A stretch of 63,301 bases of DNA, counting the filler, from Choristocarpus tenellus KU-1152 (Eukaryota; Protista; Phaeophyceae), in NCBI GenBank assembly GCA_964200185.2. It is 6 parts of 6 records of this genome, joined end to end, with 100 filler letters (N's around TTAATTAATTAA, not from the genome) between each part and the next. Parts side by side here need not be neighbours in the genome. Positions count along the whole stretch, not along the records: positions 37,649 to 51,681 come from CAXNAD020001295.1; positions 51,782 to 55,555 come from CAXNAD020017995.1; 4 more parts are not named here. One strand, 5' to 3'. This document shows positions 40,610-54,848 of the stretch, in pieces. Position numbers and translations under genes: made by a program. Under the pieces are notes generated by a model, which saw only the letters and a list, made by a program, of their open reading frames with translations, was not told where the DNA came from and ran no database searches. The stretch's first letter is position 1. Each line of letters begins with the position of its first letter.

Positions 40610-41789
40610 GATATGAGGCCTTTATTATGATGCCTTGCAATGCATAGAAGTAGCGAAGAGACTTGGTGGTGTGGAAGATGAAACCGTCTACTGAAGCGAT
40701 ACTTCTTTTTAATATATGTTGCTTGATGTCGTGCGTAGACGTACTCGAAATAACAGTCATCAATTGTCGATAACCAAATTTGAGTCTTCTTAACCACCGT
40801 TCGGAACAATACTGATATTGTGTGCAATCGATATAATGCTATTATCCCACAGGACAATCCAGAGTGGGGGTTGGTCACCAACAGGTTCCTCATGAAGGGT
40901 AAGCCCTGTTCAACATTTCAATGCCAGCAATCAGTCATCAACCCTAAGGGGGGCAAAACGGATAAGCTTTCCATGTTGTAGGTGATAAAATCTGATATCT
41001 GACAGGCGAACACGAATTGCTACGACGTATTGATACCTAACTACGTCTACGATACGACTTTATCCTTCCATTACGTCGACTAAGGAAAGTACGTTTATCT
41101 AAACTTAATTTTTGTGAATTAATTGGGTATACATGGTTGAATGTTCGAAAAAAGAGGTTGAAGTTGTGGATACACGACTTGATCGAGTGAAGGCACTTGC
41201 ATGTTTCATTGTTGAAGCTTTTATGCGGTCTTCATTCTTTCTCATACGTGTTGTTGGCGCAGGTCGTTGAGCTTGGCGGATCTTCTACAGTTGTAGATTG
41301 TACAGGAGGATGGCACTATGTATAATTGTAAGCAGGAAATTGTGCAAATTACCTTGGGAGGTAATGCTATTTGTTAGTAGTGAAGACAAGAATGTGTGAA
41401 GCCTCACACGACCCCCTTTGCTGAGCGTGATTACATGGTTGAAATTAGAAGAGAGCAAGAGAGCAAGGGAGATCTCTAACTGTGTTAGTCAAGTTTTTAC
41501 CAAGGAAGGAGGAGGGATGCAACCATAAGCAAATTCACTCTCTTGCAACCACCAAAATTAGTTTCAACGCTATGGAACTATGGCTTGACCAGGGCCAGAA
41601 GATTCGAGATTGAAACCTTATTATCAAGTAGATAAAATGGGGAAATAAAAACAAACGATGGAACTGCACTCGTAGAATACAAATCAATATAGGAAATGTA
41701 GGTGAGGCTACACGTTGCTGTTGCTGTGACTAGATTCCTCCAGTCCTCAGGGGCAAACACCATCTAGTATTCATCATACGCCATCCTTG

Positions 41790-42100
41790 TCAGTTGTACG
41801 GCACACCCAACTTACGTCTGATTCTGTCCAGGAAGACGAGGAGCTGCACATCGTCAGGGTTCAGTTTGTTTCTCGTACCTGTTGCAATATTCATAGAGAT
41901 GACGAGACCATACGCTTTGAATCATTAAAGATTAGGGTTACCTGTGAAGTAGGTGAGTTGATCATTAAAGATTAGGGTTAGGGTCTAACCCTAAAGCCAC
42001 CTCTTCCATCATCTGTCCTAAGGCTTACCGCAATCTTGAAGTGATCAACTTCCACTCCTCACAATGACTGTTCCATTGATTGGGGCCTTGTGGTGAGATG
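41790..42100 (-). pseudogene. Possible decayed hAT transposase C-terminal dimerisation domain
   Basis: With one frameshift: SPTS..DSKRMVSS/MNIATGTRNKLNPDDVQLLVFL, resembling the hAT consensus P.TS..SER.FS....T..RNRL.P..V..LVFL. Confidence 0.35.
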
Positions 42101-43189
42101 AGTTGCACGACATGTTCCTGCTACTCAAAATAATACAGAAAAAGAAAAACTGATGAGCCAAACTTCAATAATATAACGGATTGTTTCTACACTTATCAAA
42201 ACAGGTGGATTGAATCATTGTGATTCACAACAACATCAACCACTAGGTACTGCTTTGAGTAGACCAAGACTTAGGAAATGATGGGGGTGTCATGAGCGTT
42301 CAGAAGATGACATTACATTGCCAAGGCCAGAGCCTCGGCGTTTACACACATGAAAGTAAACAGTAAACCTCTCACCATCTAACTTTTGGACACCAAACAT
42401 TGTAAGCAACCGAAGACAGGCGTAAGTATGCATGCGTAGGTCATACTCCAGTAACACAAAATAAGAAACTATTTTTCACTCTTAACCTTGCAAATTACCT
42501 CAACAAATGTGGTATGATGTTGTCAATGATGATGAATGATCAGAGCGAGCAGCTCTCTTATTGGAATTTGAGGTGAACAAACACAAATCACCTCTAATCG
42601 TCCCTAAATTAGTCAAATAGATTCTGACATTTGTTGGACCTGCCTTCCAGGTATCTGTGAACAGGTCAAGAGGATGGGAAAATAATTCAACCACAAAATT
42701 ACTTGGAGTACAGTACAAGAAATAGACACAATTGCAGGACAACCCTGCCACCAAACTTGTACAACACCATGTTAAGTGTTGGGGTTTCGCACCCTATCTC
42801 CCTATTCTCAGGTGAGGATGGATGAGCATTGTGTCTGCAAAACCGTATATTTCTGGTTTTTACATCACTTTTGCCTCTTTTGCCTCCTCTGTACAACGAA
42901 TCTTAGGTTCAGTTCAATACATACACACTTGAAAATAGTTCCAGCAGCAACTAGCACAAGCAACACTATGTCCTACCTACACCTCAACTCAGACGGCACA
43001 ATAAATCCAAGCGAGCAACTACTTACTACTATCTCCAAAACTCACCTTTGCTGCACCAAGGATAGAACTACACTCAAGAACATTCTTTGGGCACCTCCAC
43101 CAATCAAATCTCTTCACACAAAAAAAAACGCCCCCAACAGATCGACTCCCTATCTTATTATGTCTTTCCCCTCTGCCCCCATTCATCAT

Positions 43190-44872
43190 TCAGAGGCCTG
43201 TGATTGCACTCCCTGCAGGCACTCCACCACCTCCCAGAAGTACAGTGCGGAGGGTGCGTGGCATTGGTTCTTTACTGAAGTTTGATGCCGACAGGATTCG
43301 ACCCCGACTGGGGAGCCCCAACACAGTCTCTTCTTCCAAGTTTGCAGCCAGCAGCACTGCCTGACTCATCGTGGTGCGCCAAGAGCAAGGGAGAGCAAAT
43401 ATCGGAACAGGTTCAGGGTATGGAAGGCGGTGGACATGAGCAGAGTGCAATCTGTTGACACAATTGCGGGAATCCTTCCCCCAGTCCCCATGGAGAAGGA
43501 ATACACGATCACCTATAGGGGGTGAATCGGCCCGTAGGTCCATCATAGAATCAGACACCCAACAACTCCAATGCCTCGCTCCATACCGCTTCGAGCAGAA
43601 GTGCAATGATAATACACCACTTAAGTTCTACATACTACTAGTCTAGTGAATGGTTAGAGTATCTCTAGTGAACACACCATCTCGTCCATGCAACATCCTT
43701 CACCTTTCCTATGGCGTCTTCAACGTCAAAAATGGGACGGATGCCACTAATAACCTTCCTCTTCTCATTGCCAAGGTCCACCACAAGCGAGAGGTACTTG
43801 CGACTGGGTTTATTGCCATGGTCAGGGTCGGGCACAGCTTCGGCCTTGACTATGCGTCTGCCATTGCCACATCAGATGCCGTCATTAAGGGTACCCAGCG
43901 TTGGGGGTTTGTTAGGGCAATTGGATGTCTAAAGTGGATGTGGGGGAGTACAAAGATAAGGCGAAGGGGTTCTTAAGTTGCTGCACTCTCCTAAAATGAA
44001 AAAAGGGCTCTGTATTATCTTGACATAGCTCTGGGTCGCCTTGTTCAGGATAGAATGCCTAAATCAATGAATGATGGGCGGAAGGCACAATATACTGCAT
44101 CTTTGGCAGAGCAAGTTAAGAAAATGTCAAAGACCAGAGCGCCTGTTACAAGAATAAAAAGAGACGAGATCATTTCGCTCACTAGAATACTCTATTGATA
44201 AATACTCACTTCACTAGTTGTAGAATTCGTACAAAAAAAAGAAATGCAACATTGATCAACAAAACAAATATTTGTGCTAGTGAAACAGACCCAGATATTG
44301 TTTGGGATATTGGCAGTAATCACGTTATTGCGGGACATTCCGGAGGAAACAAAGGGGGAGGAGAGGTGACATAGCAGGCAATGGATACAGGGGTAGTAAG
44401 TGCTGTAGGCTCACCCGACTCGGATGTCCATCGCTTCAAATGCATCTACGCTAACGCTCGCCTTAAGCTCCGGAACCTGTGGGAGAGAGGGGGGCGAGGG
44501 CATCCGTTTTGTGATAACCACTATACATCATTAGACATGTCGTACAAACAAATAGGGGTGTTGGAACGGCAACCTCTGGAGTAATGGATGACCTATTGAG
44601 ATATCAAATTATTGGTACTCCTGCAAACTCTCAACTTGCACTAGCGCCTTGCAACTCACATCATCAGCGTTTGTTATTTCTTCAGCTAGAGCCGGAGATA
44701 CAGCCATACGCTCTTCCCAATGACTTCCCCTTGGCCCAACACTGCCATATCCTGTTTCACTAAACCTCGCGCATTGTTGCGTGTTGATGGGGGGGATCAC
44801 AAAGGCCTCACAGAAGCTGAGGAGCACTGTCGACCCAACAGCAATCCCAATCCCTCTGGTGAGAGAAAACAC
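43190..44872 (-). CDS. Plastid-targeted stand-alone tRNA-binding OB-fold protein (CsaA/Trbp111/MetRS-C-like); first exon not located
   Basis: Exons 44872-44660, 44476-44415, 43857-43704 and 43360-43190 give ...VLLSFCEAFVIP...DAFEAMDIRVGRIVKAEAVP..SRKYLSLVVDLGNEKRKVISGIRP..IGKAVLLAANLEEETVLGLPSRGRILSA..VPAGSAI. Confidence 0.8.
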
Positions 44873-46035
44873 CTGAAACGGCAATACATTGCAGGGTTCG
44901 GACTTTCTGGCTTGTGTTTTGTTGATCGACGACACAAGGTTGAACAAGTCGGATGTATTGTCCTTACTAGGGTTCCAGGCACGAAGTTCATACCTTCATT
45001 GGTTTTTGGCTCTGATCAGAACCAAGCCACCGGATCCGGTCCTTCAGGACAGGCTTCTCACAAAGGGTGGAAATTGGAAGTGGTTCTCAAAGGCCACAAG
45101 TTCGAGATGTCTGGTTTTGTGTTTTGGTTCATGATACAGGAGTACACCCACCCTTCAAACGAAACGCCTCTAGGGTTTCATGAAAACAAAGAACAACCGT
45201 TGGCAACGTTAATTGTAGATCATTGGAGGGGTTAAGACGGAGATCAATGGAAAAAGAAGAGAGACCCAATGTTTCGGAGGTGGAATGGGTCACAGTCGAG
45301 CGCCTGCTAGGTTTCGCTGTTGAGCGGGGTGTCACTCCGGATAAGGTGGCGATGGACAGGTGATACACCGAGTATTGGAATGGGGTGATGCATATTTTGC
45401 TATGTTTGTGGGCAGAGATTATCTTGGGAATTGGAAGCGAGGGAACGTGAAGATGATCAATGATGGGCGTTATCCTCTATTTGTCTCTCTCTTAGCTCAG
45501 GATAGGGTTTTGAAATATCCGAAGACACACCTCGGTATGTACCCAGGTATAATGGAGCGAATCCCTAACCGCGTAGTTGTTCGTGACTTATGCTCAACAT
45601 TTTCTGCTCCTCGGCACTCTTCGAAGGCCTTTAGGTGTTTTCTACGCTCGAATCTCATTTCTAATGCTGGTAGTTGATTGCGGTAGGTGACACGATTTGT
45701 CTTTCTTGAAGTCCACTTCAGAACTTCACAGAAATGATCTCTTCGCACACCGCATTGCACTAAGTACATATCTCGGACTGCCCCTCATCGTCTGAACTCG
45801 TCTTGACGTTCACACCTCATACGTCTGCCGATATCACTCTTCCAGAGGTGGCACTCCAGTTCTCGCCAAATCTGGGGACCCATTTCCTACCACAGACATA
45901 CCTCTCGAATCAACCCAACAGGTGGGCATCTTCGCCAGCTACGACCTCCACTAACGTCGCTCGCCCTCTCCAAGTCCTCAACGGAATATATGAAATCCAC
46001 ATGACCCTATCATCACAATATCAACCGTTGTGCAG

Positions 46036-46824
46036 CCTGTGCTCATCTTATTGGATATGAATGGGACACTGCTGTACCGAGCTAAGGGAACTCTGGAGGG
46101 GCCGAGTGCCCCCCCCCATAGCTTCCAGCACGCAGACCTCTTCTACTACTTCCGACCCGGGGCCAAAGACCTGGTGCAGGCGATCCTTGCTCATCCCCGT
46201 GCTCGCTTGGCCTTCTATACCTCGATGCGGGGATCGAATGCTCTTCCAGCAGCGCAATACCTTCTCCCCGAAGGCAGGTGTGGAATGCCACGTTTGATGG
46301 GGGAAATGGAGCTTTACATACTGTGAATGAGGTTTAGTTGTGTCATTATAATCGTATGAGGAATTGGTGGCACAGTACAAAACGTATGCACATGTTGAAA
46401 AGGAATCCTACACCGTCCGCCAACCATCCAACCTTTGCAAACCTGCCTCTCCTTCCTCCTTCCTTAACGGTTGTCGTGGTTCCTCGTCGGGTCTTGTTAG
46501 CATGGAATCTGAGGTGTACGACCGTCCTTTCAATGTCCGAGATCCTATGGGAAAAAACGAATGGGATACCATGCGAGACCTGGATCGTGTGTGGTCTGAG
46601 AGTGGAAGGGTGGGCTCAGGCTTCGGACCAGAGGACACATTAATGGTTGATGATAGTCCCCAGAAGTTGCGCCATATGCCTGACAATGCCTTGATTGTAC
46701 CTGAGTACAATGAGGCTCGCATATACCTAGAGACTCACAGCAGAGATGGGGAAAGGGATGGTGGAGATGGAGCTGCCAGCATGGCAGACTTGCAGTGTCT
46801 CTATCACGTGAAGGACTATCTAAG
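46036..46824 (+). CDS. NIF/FCP1-like HAD-superfamily protein (internal exons)
   Basis: Exons 46036-46277 and 46501-46824: LILLDMNGTLL, FRPG, YTS, RDLDRVW, TLMVDDSPQK..PDNALIVPEY. Confidence 0.85.
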
Positions 46825-47607
46825 GTAAGCAAGGTCGAGTAAGTCCCACAGGAAGCACAGGATGACACCATCATGATGGAGATGTTAGAGGCAGACATTG
46901 GACACTTACCTTCTGTAGATAGAGCTTTCTCAAGAAATACCCTGGAGTGTGTTGTTTTCCTCTCCACCTGACTTGGAGGATGTTGTTTGCCTGGTGTACT
47001 TTGGGGTTTGAATGGGATACATGCCTATCTGTGTCAACTACACTCCACCTTCCTCTCCTGTACTTGTGTGTGATGATGTGCGCTCCCTCCTCCCGCCTCC
47101 AACATTTCCTTCCCCGTAACCTGACTCCCTTGCAATTGCTGCTGTTCTCCTCAGTCGATTGCTAGATGAGTGTGAGGGAGATGTCCGTGTATACACAGTT
47201 GAACGTCCACTTGCTTTGGACATACCCCCTCGAGAACCATAGCATAGTACTACTATAGCGATGGAGCCATGATATACTATCATTTTTGTTACGCCTTCAA
47301 CACGGGTGTGTGAAAGATGATGCAGTTTATATGTGTGTGTGTGTGAATTGAAATGTTTCATAAGCATAAATAAACTGACTCAATAGCTTTCAGTTTACTC
47401 TATTGGATAGAAATGTGCACAAAAGGGTTTGTGAAGCTCAGTAATGATTAATTTTAGAGAGTACTGGGCACCTTGGCTAAGTATATTTGAATTGCTCTCA
47501 GTGATTTATTGGTTTGTAGGGATTCAATGCCTTCCTATTACCAACAAATCTGTATTGTTCTTGTGATTTCTGAGTGGTCAAGTGTGTTAACCTCTACTTT
47601 TGAACAT

Positions 47608-50600
47608 TTAGTAACCCCTTGCCCTCCTTCGGTTGTCCAAATATGATCTCAAGTCTTTGTAGGGGGATGGAGGGAAGGGCAATTCCCACATCCGGCTGTA
47701 GTTTTATCCTTTTAATTAGTAAATTGTGTTCTGAAAGGAAAGTATACAGTGACTCACTCCATTGCCACATTATCATTACACATATTTGCAGCGCAAGATA
47801 CTAGGACTACTTCGAGTCGTTCTGGGCCTTTAACTTAATTTAGCTGAATTTAACATTTATAATTAATATTTCTAGGAATATATCTTGACCTTGTGCCTTG
47901 CCTTGCCTTCCACCTTTGCTACAATGCTGTAGTCCACCAGTGTGCCCAAGGTAGGGCCACAGATGGCGCATTATCTTGGGCATACTTACGCCAGAGTGCA
48001 ACAAAGCAAAATGGCAACCTCAGCTGCTGTGGCAAGTCAAGGCCTGTAGAGAACAGTTGGACTAAATACCTGTGGGACTAATCCTCCCTGCCTTCCATCC
48101 TGCATCCACCTTGAGCAAGAAGACCACATTCCCAGGATATTACCATGTGACAAAAGATGCTGAGGGCCTCAGGAAAGTATTGCCTGTAGGCAATCGAGAG
48201 ACTGCCACGCACTTGAACAACTAAAATAACATCTTGGCACAATAGTGTTCACACTGTACCGGCCTGTTTTCCTACACTTAGAATGGCACATCCTTTTAGT
48301 TCCACTTGGGCTGCAGCTCAGTACCGGGTGTTGTATCTCTCTCCACCTCTAGAACAACCACGATTCAAGAGTTCGCAAACAGCGGGATCTAGGAAAAAAT
48401 GGTCCCAATAACGATTCAGAGCGAGTCCCTTCCCTTTAGAAAAAAAAAGGTGTACCCTACTGGGACCGACCAGTCTCAACACACACTCCTCCACAGAACG
48501 ATCCAAACACAGGAAGTGAAAAAAAAAAGGAAGGCAGGCATGATGTATTGTCAGGTCCCCCACCTACAATACAACGTCCAACATCCCTTGCACAAGACAC
48601 AAAACACCATTGGATGGGTCGTTCTTGGGGGCAATATTGAGCTAAACCCTTCACTATAAATATATCGTAAAAAAACCCTACTATTCCGCACTGAACAAAA
48701 AAACAAAACCAAAAACATACGTGTTGCCTGCCGTCTATCTCCCAGGGTTACTTACTGCTTGAAGAGGAAGCAGAATCACTTCTACGCTAGATATTGCTCC
48801 CAAACCAAGTGAACAGTAAACCCAGAGGAGTATCGGGAGGCACAACAAAAAAGAGTACCACGAGATACTACCTCAGTAAGAGTCAAGAACTGTCAAGGAT
48901 TCAAAAAACAAGCATGTGCACAGAGGAACAACTGGTTGTGGCATGTACCCGGATGAGAGATTGGTGCCCCCCCCCCCCGAAAAAAGAAAAAAAGAAAAAA
49001 GAAAAGGCCCCACCCCCCTCCCCCCCCACCACCCTCCTTTCCCTCCAAACACACACACAGCTGCTACAGCACTAGAGCCCGCAAAGAATATTTGCAATAA
49101 TCGTTTTTAGTGCCTTTTAAGGCATCTGATGAGCATACACAGAGGCTATGTATGCACTCTCCTCTCCAAAAACAAGGCATGCACAAATCAACACGTGTCG
49201 ATCACTGGAGCGTGTCGAAATGCACCCTCTCACCACAGTCAGTGCCAGGGGAGACGCATTACTTCAAACAACAAGCACAAGAAAGGCCACCGACCAGCAC
49301 CGACCCTCCTCTACACACACACTCCTTCCCTCACACACTACTTGGGGGGAGATTCCCATCGTTGCACTATCACTATCACCATCTCAGCTCACTTCTCACT
49401 CGGAACCTCACCCCAACCTGGTACACCTCACTGGGGTAGTTAGTAGGGGCAGGATCTAAGTAGTTACAAACCCATCCATCCACAAAATCAACAGTAGTGT
49501 CTCCTCTGGAGAACATTGCATGGGGATAACACGATCCAGAGACAGCAGGTGAAGGATGAGATCACGCACCCGCTACGACCTGCTCTCTCTCTCTCTCTTG
49601 CAGTCCACCTATACTCGTCTTGTAGCCCCACGATCATTAGAGTCTGTCCGAACAAATCAGAGTGGGCCCGACCAAAGCCCCAACAAAATACCAATACAGG
49701 TCAAGCATCGTTCGTATTGGGAGTAGGGGAACCAGGGAACAACAGTGTGGTGTAGTAAGCGTCAGGTCATGGCATTCTCCTTTGGTAGAGGGACGTGGGG
49801 TTGTTGGGTGACCCAGAGAGCGGAAGTGAAAAAAAGGGGAGGACACTTTTTCTCAGAAATTCGGAAGGTTCTAAGAAGGGGGGGGGTACGATCACGAACA
49901 GCTATTCAATACTGCGCTTTGGGGGCATTGTTCCTGGTGTCCAGTTACATTCCGTGATGCATTGTGCTGACTTAGGGCTGACAGTCCTCCTCCACACAGA
50001 CGGTTGAATGCAGAGGGGCACCACAGAAAAAAATAAAAAAAATAAAAACAATAAAAAAAATAACAACAGTAATGCGTATCAAACTGTTTCTACTTCTTCT
50101 CCACCGCCTCTTTTGGAACACGCCAATAGAAACCTCGTACTACACAGTGTGTACCCAACAAACTTGAAAAGAAAGAAGACATGACTTGATGAACTTTTGT
50201 CTTGACAGGAAAGAGGCACCGGTAAGAGTTCCAGCAACAAACTTTTAATGTTTCATCTCAAGGGACATTTAAATAGCACAAGGCAGAACTGCTAACAGCT
50301 TCCTACCTTACAAAGTGCAGTAAACTCTATTAATCAAGAACAATGCCAAACGGTGGCATCATTCCCCCCCCCCCCATTTCCCACAAATTCAGCTCCACTC
50401 TTGTCAAACCTACTCTTCACTCCTCTCCCTCCCCTCCCACCCTACCTGCAAATGTACCTATACCCTCCAACAAACATACACTCCCTTTCCCCATGATATC
50501 TTGGAACCGTCAGTGTCCAACCCTAACCCTAACCCTAACCCTAACCCTGTTCTCGCCTGGTCTCGACGGAGCAGGAGACATCACATCTAACACATTCGCC

Positions 50601-51371
50601 AATGCGGGGAAAGCCTGGGGTACATTTAGCAAACCCAGTCCCCCACGAACAAGGTTGTTGGCCTGCCGCTCCACTATTCGCGCCAATACCTGACACACAC
50701 ATAACACACACACAGCACACAATGACAGCATCGTAGTAAAGTGAGACACACGTGGGAACACATCGTAGGCCCGGTCTAGGACCGTTCTTTTTGCTGGTCT
50801 AGTACCGTGTGTTAAATCTTCACCATCTTGTAAAAACACTCCGATAAATATAAAAAAAGAAGTGGATTTTATTATTTTTTAAATCACTTGTATATTCTAT
50901 CGATAAGCAGGGGGCCCTTTCCACCAAAAAAAATTAAGAACCTACTCTTCTGCACTGCCAACTATTCTTGTACTGCATGCACAAAATATATCACAGGTGA
51001 CAAATAAATCCAGGGCAACACTTACTTCAAAACAGGCCTGATTGCCATGCTTCAAAAGGCATCAGAGAGATGGGGGGCATCATAAGAGTTTCGAGGGGCT
51101 TAAAAGGACAGAATTGTGATTCATGAGTGTTGATCACTGTCAAGGGCACTTTGAGCAAACAACACATGTACAGCTTGTCCTATTGTACATCCATACTTTC
51201 CTAGGGGAGGTCAACAACTGGAATTCACGCATGGGGATGGTGCATGTTCCACAAAGGTCCAAACATCATCACTTACCCCCCAATTGGACAGCCTTACTCA
51301 TCCCATCACCACATACCAACCACATGGCCAAAGAAGGAAAAACTCAACCCCCCCAAAAAGCTCGGATAATG

Positions 51372-51402
<31 letters not shown>

Positions 51403-51500
51403 TCTTCTCAGAAGGAGACCATTCATTTCGCCTGGTTGGAAAATTTCCGCACCTCATGCCCGTCGCAGAAAAAAAAACTCAATCGAAGCACACGCCTTCC
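47608..51500 (-). CDS. Scattered putative exons of an unidentified gene
   Basis: AG/GT-bounded frames such as VLARIVERQANNLVRGGLGLLNVPQAFPALANVLD (~50690-50560) and EVAILLCCTLA / RMWELPFPPSPYKDLRSYLDNRRRARGY* (~48025-47608). No domain recognised. Confidence 0.35.
50519..50547. repeat. Interstitial telomere-like repeat (CCCTAA)n
   Basis: About 4.5 tandem CCCTAA units. Confidence 0.85.
51367..51400. repeat. (AAT)n microsatellite
   Basis: Tandem ATA/AAT. Confidence 0.85.
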
Positions 51501-51681
51501 TGCAATAAACAACATGACAAAGAGTCACGCATGGTACCCAGTAGTACTAACCCTAAGCCCTTAAAATGCACTCAAACTCATCGACCACAATAATCCATAG
51601 TACTGAAAAAGAGTACAAGGCGGCAGCAGCAGGACAACAATCGAAGAGGAAGCTAGAGGGGGGATGGTCAGGGGAGGGGGG

Positions 51682-51781
51682 NNNNNNNNNNNNNNNNNNN
51701 NNNNNNNNNNNNNNNNNNNNNNNNNTTAATTAATTAANNNNNNNNNNNNNNNNNNNNNNNNNNNNNNNNNNNNNNNNNNNN
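51682..51781. other. Artificial contig spacer
   Basis: N-TTAATTAATTAA-N. Confidence 0.97.
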
Positions 51782-51897
51782 GAAAAGTGCATTTACAGTA
51801 ACCATCCAACGTATGCAATCAAATCACCCAAAAATCGCGACATGAGAAAACTGACCCCAAATCGACAGCCGCCTCCCCCTCACAGATACTTTGAACC
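51782..51897. mobile_element. MITE family B, partial (inverted)
   Basis: Ends CAGATACTTTGAACC. Interior matches the 55694 copy. Confidence 0.75.
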
Positions 51898-52415
51898 AAG
51901 TGGAGAGGAAATCGGAAATTATCAACAGGTCCGGGTGTGAGGGGAGAGGGAGGAGGGTAAGTAAGTCCAGACCAAGACAAAAACGTAAATATCGCTGCTT
52001 GTCTGGGTGGTTGCTTCTTTCTCTTCGATAAACTTTTGGGTATGCACGCACATGCCATTAATTATGAGTGGATAGTGAAGGGTGAGTGTATTGGCGGGAG
52101 GTTTTGACAATATTTGCTTCCTGTGGAACTGAGTACGGCATCCGGCAAGATTTACAGATTGAGGAGGGGATGTAGAAGAGAATGAGGAAGAGTCAGGAAG
52201 AAAACGTGTATGAAGAGGTGGACGGCACCCTGTGTAAAAGAGTTTTGAAGAAATAATGAGTTGATATGAGTACAAAACACTTCAACATTTCGATTCTTCA
52301 GTGATCCATACATCAATGAACCGGGTCTGGAAGGTTAGCACCACTCAGAGTAATATGTAGAGAAGAATGTTGTATCATGGGCTACTCATCTTTGTTCTTA
52401 ATATGATAAACTATT

Positions 52416-52594
52416 GGCTCAAAGTATCTAGAGGGGGTAGCGGCTGTCCTTTCGGGGGCAATTCGTTCATGTTGCGATTCTTGGGTGATTTAGTCGCATA
52501 CGTCGGATGGATAATGTAAATACTCTTTTCCTAATTTTGGTCCAAATAGACACCCTGGTGTAGACCCCTCCCTCCCCCCCAGATACTTTGGGTC
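52416..52594. mobile_element. MITE family B full copy
   Basis: GGCTCAAAGTATCTAGAGGGGG...CCCCCCCAGATACTTTGGGTC with TSD ATT. Confidence 0.85.
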
Positions 52595-54848
52595 ATTACC
52601 AGTTGATACTGGCCATTGATTTGCACATCATCGGTACTGGTCGTTCCTCACGCTAACGCCATCAGCACCTCATCATAGCATCATCCATTCGTGTTAGAAT
52701 ATCTTTGTCCATAGAAAAACATGGAACGGTTCCCATCATATCATACATACAAGCACAGTATGTACCATACGAGTTATCACAGAGATTTGTTTCAATTTTT
52801 ATTCTTTATTTTTTTAATCTTCGCATCAAAATGATCAGTTGCGTACCATGTATGTGTTGATTATTATTTTCTTCTGCGGTTGGCATTGACACCAATGGAG
52901 ACCTCAAGGTTACTCTACCTTAAGTGTACCTGATACACAACTGGATGCCATATATTCAGAGGCGAAACATCCTCAAACCCTCCTTCTTCACAAGGTGACA
53001 AGCTTCTACTCAGAGCATGCTTATCTTCCTTTGAGTGTGTCCAGAATACCCACTACAGTATCTACATCTATTTTATACCAAATATTATATACCACACCCA
53101 TTTTTGTACCGCTTTTTTCGACATACACCAAAAAATAGACTTCACTACACTATGACACCCCTTCTCTACAAACTTGTCACTGCGCAAGAAAGCACGATTC
53201 GTTCAATCTCAGGTTTGAACAGTTAATGGGCCTTACACGATTCCCCTTCTCGAAACGTTTCAACAACAAAAAACATTACTTAGCGTCAGCAAAGAGCAGA
53301 ATGCCCCAAAATACATCTGTGTTCATTCCCTGTGCGCCAAAAACTTCTGAGTACTTCATTGTTGGTATCCGTAAGAAAATAAAGACTGAATTATACTTCT
53401 GGAGTACTCTCAACACTCACAACAAGACTACCACCTACTACAATATACCAAAAACATTTTTGAAAGTAGTGTATAATTTCCACCCCATTCGAACAATCCC
53501 AAAACACCTCTACAAACATAGACCTTCATCAGATAGATGTCCTTCCTCTCCTGCCCATCAAAATTCACTCTAGATTTTCCACTTACACCATTCCATTATA
53601 TATGTATATATATAATTTGAGAATGAACTATTGGAACACTACAAAGTACAATTAGAGCATGTTGGTAGTAAGTACAAGAACCGTATCATAATTGTAGAAC
53701 TCCCTTTGGTAATGCTTCCACTACAATTTTAATTATTCTTCAAGTACTCGGACCGTTCCTAATGGTCGAAGAATATAGTTGGGGGTTTGAAGGGTTTTCA
53801 TATACTTGACTTTTTGAGGCTCAAATTCCGATTTCAGTCATTTTTTCCGATATCTCCTTATGATTTTCCCCCCACACCATTAATAAATTCAGTATAAACT
53901 AGTTACTGTATTCAATCCATGGCATTGTGTGGTATTATTATATAGTATTGATATGTTCGTTGTTGATGACATACGAAAAAAAAGATTGTGTGAGTTGATA
54001 GACGGTGCAATAATAATAATATTTTGTTCGTGGATTCTCCGCGCGAATGTTGTGGGACCTTTCATAACAGAAGAGTACCTGGAAAAGTGGAGACTTACCA
54101 AATATATAAATACGTCAAGGTTAGCCCAGACAGCTGTGCAGATCCAGCTGGGTGAGTTACCCCAGGAATAATGTGTCTTATAGCGTAATCTTGTCTCAAA
54201 ACCCTGGGATTGTTTTGGTGGGAGCTTCATCCCTTTTGAAGTTCCTGTACCTGGTGGTGGTCTGGTCGGTACATCACAATGTTATGACCGGGCCGAAGAG
54301 GAACTCTTTGCTTTGCTTCACCACCTAGCGGAAGATCCAAGAGGGAGCGCACATTGCCTCTAGGTAGGATGCCTGACAAGAATATTTTGTTTCATAGTTA
54401 ACTAGATGGCAGTTTCTCGAGTCTTCAAGAACACCTTTAACTCCTATTTCCAAAAGGGTATCCTACTAGTAGTAGTGGTACACGTGGGGGGGATTCGAGG
54501 CCATGTACATTAGCCCATACTAGATTCACTAGCTGGATTCCTATTTCTATTCTATATTGTTGCCTTGCTACCCTTCCTTTCCCCCTACAGCAGTTATATG
54601 ATGTCGCTGCTTCGTCGAAAAGTGGCTCACTACCTCACTTTACTTCAAGCTTTGCCTAGGTCTTCTATGCTAAAGAGGATGCATGCTACTGTTGGTTCCA
54701 TTGGCTGAATTCCTGCGTGTCCCTCGCACCCCCGCAGTCTCTCATATCCGTTAGCATCGTACACCGTCATATTCCTCAGGTGCCCAACTACTGTTGCCTC
54801 TTGTTAGTGCCCGGCGTTTGTGTCACGGATGATCCATTAGAATCCAAC

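Noticed and set aside
53889-54375. Possible small minus-strand gene
   Set aside because: No consistent exon chain or recognisable motif.
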